NCBI RefSeq assembly: GCF_030013595.1
Contig: NZ_CP122768.1
Strand: one strand, 5' to 3'
Origin: Escherichia coli
Lineage (GTDB): Bacteria > Pseudomonadota > Gammaproteobacteria > Enterobacterales > Enterobacteriaceae
DNA length: 64,000 nucleotides
In this document: piece by piece, positions 10,793 through 18,251 of the stretch
How the letters are laid out: each line of letters starts with the position of its first letter
How positions within the stretch are numbered: position 1 is the stretch's first letter
Program-made: the position numbers and the translations under genes
The notes under the pieces: model-generated
What the model was told of the DNA's origin: nothing
Databases searched by the model: none
What the model saw: only the letters and a program-made list of their open reading frames with translations

Positions 10793-10818
10793 TTAAATAT
10801 CCCCTCACCTTAGAAGAG
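10793..10818 (+). promoter_or_regulatory. phage single-subunit-RNAP-type promoter P1 (class A, CCCCTCAC upstream)
   Basis: TTAAATATCCCCTCACCTTAGAAGAG; T7-supergroup -17..+6 architecture, predicted +1 G at 10813. Confidence 0.55.
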
Positions 10819-10833
10819 TTTAGGGTTCAGACC

Positions 10834-10857
10834 CTTAACTATCACCTTAGGAGAGAC
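10834..10857 (+). promoter_or_regulatory. phage single-subunit-RNAP-type promoter P2 (class B, AACTATCAC upstream)
   Basis: CTTAACTATCACCTTAGGAGAGA; predicted +1 G at 10850; 45 bp upstream of ORF 10902. Confidence 0.55.
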
Positions 10858-10901
10858 GGGCCGTCCTCCACCCAATCAAAACCTTAAGAGGAGGACCATA
10901 C

Positions 10902-11402
10902 ATGGCTATTAAAATTCAGTGCTACACCGAGTCCGACAATGCGGCTTTCTTCGGTGACGATTCCGACCTCCAGCACCAGCTACCAGCACCGACATATGAC
11001 GAACCTAAGGCCCGCACAGGTAAGCCTCCTGTGGTCATCGACAACCGGGCTGTCCGTGCGTGGCTGATTGAGACTGGGTGTCTCTCCTATACGCAGCTTG
11101 TTGAGGCGTACCCGTGGGCTGACGATGTGTTCACAGGACTCTCACGGGCTACCAGTGGCGCTGTCGGTGCTGGACTCCCGGTATCTAAGGCGTACCTGTT
11201 CTCTGCCTTATATGGCACCAACGACATCTTCTCCCGTAACACAGCCAAATCCTACGCTGACATCACTGGGCGTTCACCGTCTCCTCGCTACCTGCGCCAC
11301 GTCAATAGCGTGCTTCAGGCTACGGCTGTGAATCTGGCTAAGGTTCTGAAGGACCGAGGGGATTTCACATGGTGGGATTACAACGATCAGTGCCTGTCCT
11401 GA
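10902..11402 (+). CDS. hypothetical protein, first gene downstream of P1/P2
   Basis: 166-aa ORF with strong RBS AAGAGGAGG; no family recognised. Confidence 0.6.
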   Translation: MAIKIQCYTESDNAAFFGDDSDLQHQLPAPTYDEPKARTGKPPVVIDNRAVRAWLIETGCLSYTQLVEAYPWADDVFTGLSRATSGAVGAGLPVSKAYLFSALYGTNDIFSRNTAKSYADITGRSPSPRYLRHVNSVLQATAVNLAKVLKDRGDFTWWDYNDQCLS

Positions 11403-11424
11403 GAGCCGCGCCAGCTCTGGGCTG

Positions 11425-11448
11425 GAATACCCCCTCACTATAGGGACA
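11425..11448 (+). promoter_or_regulatory. phage single-subunit-RNAP-type promoter P3 (class A; T3-like CC at -11/-10)
   Basis: GAATACCCCCTCACTATAGGGACA; 13/13 match to T7 consensus from -9 to +4 (CTCACTATAGGGA). Confidence 0.7.
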
Positions 11449-11451
11449 CCC

Positions 11452-11477
11452 CCTAAACTATCACTATAGGGGGGACC
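11452..11477 (+). promoter_or_regulatory. phage single-subunit-RNAP-type promoter P4 (class B)
   Basis: CTAAACTATCACTATAGGGGGGACC; TCACTATAGGG core. Confidence 0.65.
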
Positions 11478-11712
11478 AACCTTGCCTCTGCTTCTGATGC
11501 GTCAGAACACGCGAGGTCCTCCCGACATTAAGTATTCTCCTAAGTAATCAAGGCCCGTGACCGCCTCTGACAGACCTCCTGTATCGACCTCCAGCTCGTT
11601 AGCGTTCTTTAGTCGTCTCGGTTAGTAGGTAACCGGCTCATTTAAACCGTCTGGTCTGTTTCCTCCGGCTCTACAAAAATAATGTCCATCATTTTTTAAT
11701 GGACACTATCGT

Positions 11713-12360
11713 ATGAAACACCGGACCTGGATCACTGAAGCTTTACGTCTTCACTTTGAAGAACATTTACCCCGGGTTGTGGCCGGGCGTCGCCTGGGTG
11801 TACCAAAATCAACAGTTTGTAGTATGTTCGTGCGCTTTCGGAGAGCTGGCCTTTCGTGGCCTTTGCCCGCAGGCATGTCGGAGCAGGAACTTGATGCCTG
11901 CCTTTACGGACAATTTTCCACGGTACCAGTCGTACGTCCTGAAAGCACCGTTATATCCGAAGCCCCCGTGGTAAAAAAACGTCCCCGGCGGCCCAACTTC
12001 CCTTATGAGTTTAAAATCGCCTTAGTGGAGCAGTCACTGCAGCCCGGAGCCTGTGTGGCGCAGATCGCCCGGGAAAACGGAATCAACGATAACCTGCTCT
12101 TCAACTGGCGCCATCAATACCGGAAAGGTGGCCTGCTGCCTTCCGGAAAAAATATGCCGGCACTGCTTCCCGTGACGTTAACGCCGGAGCCGGATAATAA
12201 AATCCCGGCCCCCGCACAGGAACCAGAGCAGATAAATACACCGTCCGACAGTCTGTGTTGTGAGCTGGTTCTGCCGGCCGGAACTCTCAGGCTTAAAGGT
12301 AAACTGACGCCGGCGTTATTACAGACACTTATCCGCGAAATAAAAGGGAGCAGCCACTGA
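11713..12360 (+). CDS. IS66 accessory protein (orf1/TnpA-like)
   Basis: 215 aa, first ORF of IS66 triad; identical to copy-2 ORF. Confidence 0.8.
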   Translation: MKHRTWITEALRLHFEEHLPRVVAGRRLGVPKSTVCSMFVRFRRAGLSWPLPAGMSEQELDACLYGQFSTVPVVRPESTVISEAPVVKKRPRRPNFPYEFKIALVEQSLQPGACVAQIARENGINDNLLFNWRHQYRKGGLLPSGKNMPALLPVTLTPEPDNKIPAPAQEPEQINTPSDSLCCELVLPAGTLRLKGKLTPALLQTLIREIKGSSH

Positions 12361-12707
12361 TGATATCTCTCCCTGCAGGTTCGCGTATCTGGCTGGTTGC
12401 AGGTATCACCGATATGCGAAATGGCTTTAACGGCCTGGCATCAAAAGTTCAGAACGTCCTGAAGGATGACCCGTTCTCCGGACACCTGTTCATCTTCCGC
12501 GGACGCCGGGGTGACCAGATAAAAGTGTTGTGGGCTGACAGTGACGGACTGTGCCTCTTCACCAAACGCCTGGAGCGGGGCCGCTTCGTCTGGCCAGTCA
12601 CCCGTGACGGCAAGGTGCACCTTACTCCGGCTCAGTTATCCATGCTTCTTGAAGGTATCAACTGGAAGCACCCGAAACGAACGGAACGCGCTGGAATCCG
12701 CATATAA
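12360..12707 (+). CDS. IS66 Orf2 (TnpB-like)
   Basis: 115 aa, overlapping start with preceding stop (ATGA); typical IS66 orf2. Confidence 0.8.
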   Translation: MISLPAGSRIWLVAGITDMRNGFNGLASKVQNVLKDDPFSGHLFIFRGRRGDQIKVLWADSDGLCLFTKRLERGRFVWPVTRDGKVHLTPAQLSMLLEGINWKHPKRTERAGIRI

Positions 12708-12726
12708 CCCGTTGTAAAGTGAGGAT

Positions 12727-14298
12727 ATGGACACCTCACTTGCTCATGAGAACGCCCGCCTGCGGGCACTGTTGCAGACGCAACAGGACACCATCCGCCA
12801 GATGGCTGAATACAACCGCCTGCTCTCACAGCGGGTGGCGGCTTATGCTTCCGAAATCAACCGGCTGAAGGCGCTGGTTGCGAAACTGCAACGTATGCAG
12901 TTCGGTAAAAGCTCAGAAAAACTTCGTGCAAAAACCGAACGGCAGATACAGGAAGCACAGGAGCGAATCAGCGCACTTCAGGAAGAAATGGCGGAAACGC
13001 TGGGTGAGCAATATGACCCGGTACTGCCATCCGCCCTGCGCCAGTCTTCAGCCCGTAAACCGTTACCGGCCTCACTTCCCCGTGAAACCCGGGTTATCCG
13101 GCCGGAAGAGGAATGCTGTCCTGCCTGTGGTGGTGAACTCAGTTCTCTGGGATGTGATGTGTCAGAGCAACTGGAGCTTATCAGCAGCGCCTTTAAGGTT
13201 ATCGAAACACAACGTCCGAAACAGGCCTGTTGCCGGTGCGACCATATCGTACAGGCACCAGTACCTTCAAAACCCATTGCACGCAGTTATGCCGGAGCGG
13301 GGCTTCTGGCCCATGTTGTCACCGGGAAATATGCAGACCATCTGCCGTTATACCGCCAGTCAGAAATATACCGTCGTCAGGGAGTGGAGCTGAGCCGTGC
13401 CACACTGGGGCGCTGGACAGGTGCTGTTGCTGAACTGCTGGAGCCGCTGTATGACGTCCTGCGCCAGTATGTGCTGATGCCCGGTAAAGTCCATGCTGAT
13501 GATATCCCCGTCCCGGTCCAGGAGCCGGGCAGCGGTAAAACCCGGACAGCCCGGCTGTGGGTCTACGTCCGTGATGACCGTAACGCCGGTTCACAGATGC
13601 CCCCGGCGGTCTGGTTCGCGTACAGTCCGGACCGGAAAGGTATCCATCCACAAAATCACCTGGCCGGTTACAGCGGTGTGCTTCAGGCCGATGCTTACGG
13701 TGGTTACCGGGCGTTATACGAATCCGGCAGAATAACGGAAGCCGCGTGTATGGCTCATGCCCGGAGAAAAATCCACGATGTGCATGCAAGAGCGCCCACC
13801 TACATCACCACGGAAGCCCTGCAGCGTATCGGTGAACTGTATGCCATCGAGGCAGAGGTCCGGGGCTGTTCAGCAGAACAGCGTCTGGCGGCAAGAAAAG
13901 CCAGAGCCGCGCCACTGATGCAGTCACTGTATGACTGGATACAGCAACAGATGAAAACACTGTCGCGTCACTCAGATACGGCAAAAGCGTTCGCATACCT
14001 GCTGAAACAGTGGGATGCACTGAACGTGTACTGCAGTAATGGCTGGGTGGAAATCGACAACAACATCGCAGAGAACGCCTTACGGGGAGTGGCCGTAGGC
14101 CGGAAAAACTGGATGTTCGCGGGTTCCGACAGCGGTGGTGAACATGCGGCGGTGTTGTACTCGCTGATCGGCACATGCCGTCTGAACAATGTGGAGCCAG
14201 AAAAGTGGCTGCGTTACGTCATTGAACATATCCAGGACTGGCCGGCAAACCGGGTACGCGATCTGTTGCCCTGGAAAGTTGATCTGAGCTCTCAGTAA
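12727..14298 (+). CDS. IS66-family DDE transposase (Orf3/TnpC)
   Basis: 523 aa with leucine-zipper-like N-terminus, CxxC...CxxC zinc motif and DDE region. Confidence 0.85.
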   Translation: MDTSLAHENARLRALLQTQQDTIRQMAEYNRLLSQRVAAYASEINRLKALVAKLQRMQFGKSSEKLRAKTERQIQEAQERISALQEEMAETLGEQYDPVLPSALRQSSARKPLPASLPRETRVIRPEEECCPACGGELSSLGCDVSEQLELISSAFKVIETQRPKQACCRCDHIVQAPVPSKPIARSYAGAGLLAHVVTGKYADHLPLYRQSEIYRRQGVELSRATLGRWTGAVAELLEPLYDVLRQYVLMPGKVHADDIPVPVQEPGSGKTRTARLWVYVRDDRNAGSQMPPAVWFAYSPDRKGIHPQNHLAGYSGVLQADAYGGYRALYESGRITEAACMAHARRKIHDVHARAPTYITTEALQRIGELYAIEAEVRGCSAEQRLAARKARAAPLMQSLYDWIQQQMKTLSRHSDTAKAFAYLLKQWDALNVYCSNGWVEIDNNIAENALRGVAVGRKNWMFAGSDSGGEHAAVLYSLIGTCRLNNVEPEKWLRYVIEHIQDWPANRVRDLLPWKVDLSSQ

Positions 14299-14582
14299 AT
14301 ATCAATACGGTTCTGACGAGTCGCTTACGTTAGTAGCTCGTCTACTCACTACATTGGCTTAAGTCTATCACCGCTCACCATCTGGAGTCCTTACAGCTCG
14401 TCCTGACATGCGGTCTCACCTTATATGCACATGGAGAACATGGCCACTCCAGACCAACACTAATCAACATTAACCCTATTCACTTTCGTTAAGCATTTTT
14501 TGGTGGGTCCGTTTGGATGCATTGAATAGGTGCGGACTCCACGTGGAGACAGAAAGTGCTTTACTAAAGGAGCATCCTTTAT

Positions 14583-14972
14583 ATGACTATTAAATCCATC
14601 GTTATCAACGGTAAGACCATCCTGTCTACACCTAACGCCATCAATGAGGGTGTCTGGTTCGACATGCTTGAGGTCCATCAAGCTGCTGGCTTGCCTGCTA
14701 ACAAGACGTTCTCACAGTGGCGCAGCCGACAGTCTCGTGCATTAGAAGAGGCTGGAGAGGTGTCGTTTGACAGTGTACAGAAGACCCTGTGTGGCAGCTT
14801 TGTGGCAGTGCTGGCCTACCTTATGTGGGCGGACCTTACTCTCTGGCTGGCGGTGGTTCGTTACGTTGCGTCTGAGACTATCGGCGTCCTGCCTGACCGC
14901 TTCAAGTCTATCGACGGTGATAACCCCGAGTTAGAAATGTCAGAGGATAACAGCGAGTGGGAGGACTTCTAA
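14583..14972 (+). CDS. KilA-N domain protein (short)
   Basis: 129 aa; N-terminal motif WFDMLEVHQAAGLPANK...WLAVVRYV resembling KilA-N; strong RBS AAGGAG. Confidence 0.55.
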   Translation: MTIKSIVINGKTILSTPNAINEGVWFDMLEVHQAAGLPANKTFSQWRSRQSRALEEAGEVSFDSVQKTLCGSFVAVLAYLMWADLTLWLAVVRYVASETIGVLPDRFKSIDGDNPELEMSEDNSEWEDF

Positions 14973-14973
14973 G

Positions 14974-15714
14974 ATGACCATGAGCCAGCTTGAAGCATTA
15001 CCTATCGTCATCGAGGGTCATTCATTCATCTGCAACGACCAGCGCATGTGGAACCTGAACGAGATTCACCGAGTGTTAGGTCTTCCAGCAAGCAAGATGC
15101 CGTCTGAGTGGAATAACAAGATTCGCACACAACTTGACCGCTCCGGAAATTTCCGGACCGTGAATGGTGACGGCGGTGGTACATGGGCGACCGAGGCTGG
15201 GACCGTGGCTTATGCTATGTGGGTCTCTACAGATTTCTACCTGATGGTCATCAATGCTTTCATCTTTATGCGTAACGACGCAATCGTCCGAGAGCGTGTA
15301 GCGGTCAAACAGGCTGACGAGGCTAACGCTAACCTCTCCATCGCAGCACCTAAGGCAGACATCTTTGACGGTCGTCTGACCAATGGTGGCTCTGTTCCGT
15401 GGAACTGGGCGTGTAAATCTTTGGGTCTTGCCCCGATGAAACTGAAAGAGGGCTTGAAGCGCTCCGGTAAGTTCGTCCAGAAGTGGAACCCTGACAGTTA
15501 CGCCGACGAGCTTCGACCTCAGGAGAAGGCGTTCAGTATTGGACTATTCGTCACTAAGTCAGTCATGGGTAAAGACACATGGCAGGTGACAGCTAAAGGC
15601 TACGCATGGATGCAGGGGAACGCCCAGAAGTGGAGAGAGCTAATAGCTGATGGTGACCGCTTAAAGGCTGCTGAGCGTCGAGCACAGAAGCGTCTTAACC
15701 GTGGAGGTAAGTAG
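14974..15714 (+). CDS. KilA-N domain protein with C-terminal extension
   Basis: 246 aa; MWNLNEIHRVLGLP...NGDGGGTWATEAGTVAYAMWVSTDFYLMVI typical of KilA-N; start 2 nt after preceding stop. Confidence 0.6.
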   Translation: MTMSQLEALPIVIEGHSFICNDQRMWNLNEIHRVLGLPASKMPSEWNNKIRTQLDRSGNFRTVNGDGGGTWATEAGTVAYAMWVSTDFYLMVINAFIFMRNDAIVRERVAVKQADEANANLSIAAPKADIFDGRLTNGGSVPWNWACKSLGLAPMKLKEGLKRSGKFVQKWNPDSYADELRPQEKAFSIGLFVTKSVMGKDTWQVTAKGYAWMQGNAQKWRELIADGDRLKAAERRAQKRLNRGGK

Positions 15715-15716
15715 TC

Positions 15717-15941
15717 ATGGCTATGATTGACCCTCGTACACCTATCGGCAAAGCGACCCTTCGTTACCGTGGTCTGCCTACACGTCATCTGCTGTCCCTG
15801 CTGAGACTTGGAGTCGAAGACCCCGAACGCCCGTACTACAGTCGAGACGAGCTAATAGCTATGTTGGTGGACCGTGATTTAGACAATCAGTTACGCCGAG
15901 CCTTTGCGAAGTCTAGCGCAGCTAGGGAACTGGAGTCCTGA
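15717..15941 (+). CDS. hypothetical protein
   Basis: 74-aa ORF, start 3 nt after preceding stop, same strand. Confidence 0.45.
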   Translation: MAMIDPRTPIGKATLRYRGLPTRHLLSLLRLGVEDPERPYYSRDELIAMLVDRDLDNQLRRAFAKSSAARELES

Positions 15942-16146
15942 ACCTTATGGGGCAGAAAAACCGCCGCATAAACCTATCGTCTGCTGACCGAAGTTTCGAC
16001 GCATTGAGCCAGACGGAAAAGTTTTCCTGCTGGTAAACCACCTTAATTTAAACACCTTTTGAGAATGACCGATGCGGGGAGACCCGTAGGCATAACTGTG
16101 TCTGCGATACCGATAGTTCTCACCTTCTCAATAGGAGTACTACCTT

Positions 16147-16638
16147 ATGTTATTCAACAACAACGACTGGAAACTATCAGTCACCGACATCAATCCCTAT
16201 GAAAATACTGTGAGTCTGGACGGTCAGTCCTATCCGCTGTCTCTGGCGATTAAGACCCTGATTCCGGGCTACCTGTCAGGCTTACCGTCCACCAGCCGCG
16301 AGGCGATGGAGTTACTGGAAGCTCTGGCTGAAGCTGGCGTGTCCATTGGCAACTTCTTCAGTAATGACCTGATGACCGCCTATGGTCGCCGCCAGCAGAA
16401 CAAGCGAGCCGAAGCTGAGCGTATTGCTAAAGAGCAGCGCATTCAGGCTGAGCGTATGCGTGAAGAGAACATGACTGATGCAGAGTGGCAGAAAGAGCTA
16501 CAGCGCCGTGAACAGGTCAAAGCTGAACGCCGGACCTATGGTGAGCACCTCCGCAGTGCTACCCATTCCGCTGGGCGCTCCCGTGCTTCTATGGTCGCTG
16601 ACATTGAGTCCACGGACAACTGGATGGACAGCCTCTAA
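16147..16638 (+). CDS. hypothetical charged coiled-coil protein (scaffold-like?)
   Basis: 163 aa; RBS AGGAG; C-terminal K/R/E-rich helical segment. Confidence 0.5.
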   Translation: MLFNNNDWKLSVTDINPYENTVSLDGQSYPLSLAIKTLIPGYLSGLPSTSREAMELLEALAEAGVSIGNFFSNDLMTAYGRRQQNKRAEAERIAKEQRIQAERMREENMTDAEWQKELQRREQVKAERRTYGEHLRSATHSAGRSRASMVADIESTDNWMDSL

Positions 16639-16704
16639 GACACAGACACACAAGTGGTCCTGACCTGATGTCGGGACCCACAGTATCCAAACTAATTTAG
16701 GAGA

Positions 16705-17700
16705 TTGATTATTATGACGATTAAAGACGCTTTCCAGTTCGGCATTGAGCCAGTACGTATCAGCGACACCGACAACATTCAGATTAACGAAGGTTTGCCA
16801 ACTAACGCAGACCCGCAGGTCTATGCCCTCCAGTTAGCTAAGACGGTTAAGGCTATGCTGAACGGTGTACTTAAAGACGCTCAAGAGAACATCCCGTTCC
16901 CTGTAGAAGTCCTGCCGACCCGCAATAGCCTGCCTACTCCAATCATTGCTCACACTCTGGCTGATCGCTCTGTGGTCGTTCCTGTCCGTGGTGGTAAGCG
17001 ACCTGAAGTCGTGACCGTTCCGTCTGGACAAGAAATCGTGGTCGAACCAATCGAGCAGGCTATTCTCATCTCTGAGCAGACCAAGCTCTGGGACGCCAAG
17101 TCATCCACCGGATTCACTCAGGGCACACTTCAGCAGGACGCTATGAACATCTGTGAGAATGTGGTCCGTACCATCAACGCTCGCATGGTCGACGTTCTGG
17201 AGTCCTCCAAACTGTTGAAGACCGTAGAGCTGCCAGTCCTGACTGGAAGCCTGACCACTAAGGCAGACGCTATCATGGACGCTCTGTTTGAGAACACCGA
17301 GTCCTCTTTCGGCTCTGAAGTGTCTGATTACGGCATCATCGCCCATGAGTCCCAACTGAAAGCGCTGTCCCGTCTGGCAGCTAAACAGGGCTTCTCTGGT
17401 GGAGACGCTATCGTGGATATGCTGGGTACCGACATCGCCTATTACAACGGTGAAGACAAGGGTGTATTCATGCTGGCTAAACGCTTCACGGCCCTGAGCT
17501 TCGGCTGCTTCCGTCACGACGGTGAGAATATTACGGTCGTCCTTTCACGTGATGGCGACTCTCAGTCCCACGACTTGGAAATCCTCGGTAAAGTGTTCGT
17601 TGTCGCTGAAGCTGCTACGACCATCAAGATGGGCACTGGCTCAGCTACTGCCGTCCTGCCTGTAGTCAAACGCCTGAAGTTCACCAAGACCGAAGCGTAA
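16705..17700 (+). CDS. hypothetical 331-aa protein (possible virion/structural protein; unverified)
   Basis: Long ORF with RBS AGGAG directly downstream of coiled-coil ORF; no motif recognised. Confidence 0.5.
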   Translation: MIIMTIKDAFQFGIEPVRISDTDNIQINEGLPTNADPQVYALQLAKTVKAMLNGVLKDAQENIPFPVEVLPTRNSLPTPIIAHTLADRSVVVPVRGGKRPEVVTVPSGQEIVVEPIEQAILISEQTKLWDAKSSTGFTQGTLQQDAMNICENVVRTINARMVDVLESSKLLKTVELPVLTGSLTTKADAIMDALFENTESSFGSEVSDYGIIAHESQLKALSRLAAKQGFSGGDAIVDMLGTDIAYYNGEDKGVFMLAKRFTALSFGCFRHDGENITVVLSRDGDSQSHDLEILGKVFVVAEAATTIKMGTGSATAVLPVVKRLKFTKTEA

Positions 17701-17844
17701 GACCAATGGGTAAGAGGTAAGTCTGGACTGAATATCAGCAGGACTTCAGGTGGTGGCCTGTCACTGTGATTAACTAACTACGGTCTGGACCAATGGTCTG
17801 GGCCTTATTACTGGTATGGTAGTATACAGGCGAAGGAGGACCCA

Positions 17845-18000
17845 ATGTCTATGACTTCCGCAGACCTAAGGTCCCTCCTGACTCTGGTCTATAAACTCGT
17901 GTTCCTCTCTGTGGGTCTCTACATGGTTCTCTCTGGTCGACTCGGTGTGGATGTGTTCGACACTCTGTCTAAGGCTGTGGGTGGACTTCTAGGTCCTTAG
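17845..18000 (+). CDS. small hydrophobic protein (51 aa, one predicted TM helix)
   Basis: ATG 17845 with RBS GAAGGAGG; LVFLSVGLYMVLSG hydrophobic core; below ORF-track length cutoff. Confidence 0.4.
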   Translation: MSMTSADLRSLLTLVYKLVFLSVGLYMVLSGRLGVDVFDTLSKAVGGLLGP

Positions 18001-18241
18001 GTTTGGACTCACAGTGGGACCGATGATTTCTGACAGAAAAATGTGAATGACCATCTAATACATTAAGCCAGCAGACTTCCCCCCATAGTCCCGCCTCAAG
18101 TCCAGACCGAGGCCACCGGGGGTCCTGACCAGCCGTCTAGACATCCCGTCTAATGACACAAGTCTGGCACAAAGCCTGACACAAAGTCCTTGACTCAATG
18201 CAGGACCTCAGGCCTACTAAGGGTCCGCTTCAAGTCCTTGA

Positions 18242-18251
18242 AGTTCCAGAT
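18242..18251. repeat. right copy of 10-bp direct repeat AGTTCCAGAT
   Basis: Identical to 8801-8810; ynfE sequence resumes here. Confidence 0.8.

Larger units (their letters stand above)
11629..14328 (+). mobile_element. IS66-family insertion sequence, copy 1 (2700 bp)
   Basis: Imperfect terminal inverted repeats GTAACCGGCTCATTTAAACCGT / GTAAGCGACTCGTCAGAACCGT; 8-bp target-site duplication GTTAGTAG at 11621-11628 and 14329-14336; three-ORF IS66 layout. Confidence 0.9.
8811..18241. mobile_element. 9.4-kb integrative element inserted in ynfE: integrase plus unidirectional gene set with T7/T3-type promoters, no RNAP (candidate T7-like-phage satellite or reduced T7-like prophage), itself carrying an IS66 copy
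   Basis: Splits ynfE; flanking 10-bp direct repeats; integrase at left end; TGRCACAA arm-type repeats near both ends; all non-IS ORFs on + strand. Confidence 0.7.

Noticed and set aside
12878-13789. ORF-track ORFs nested in or antisense to the IS66 transposase (12878-13393, 12978-13277, 13319-13789 and mirror copies in copy 2)
   Set aside because: They overlap the well-supported transposase frame entirely and are typical GC-rich alternative-frame artefacts.
18001-18020. GGACTCACAGTGGGACC considered as a fifth phage-type promoter
   Set aside because: Lacks the TATA element between -5 and -1 and lies at the 3' end of the element facing the host junction; similarity is too weak.
8811-18241. 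Element considered as a complete T7-like prophage
   Set aside because: Only 9.4 kb (6.7 kb without the IS), with no ORF long enough for an RNAP and no recognisable DNA polymerase, primase-helicase, terminase or tail genes; reported instead as satellite-like or remnant.
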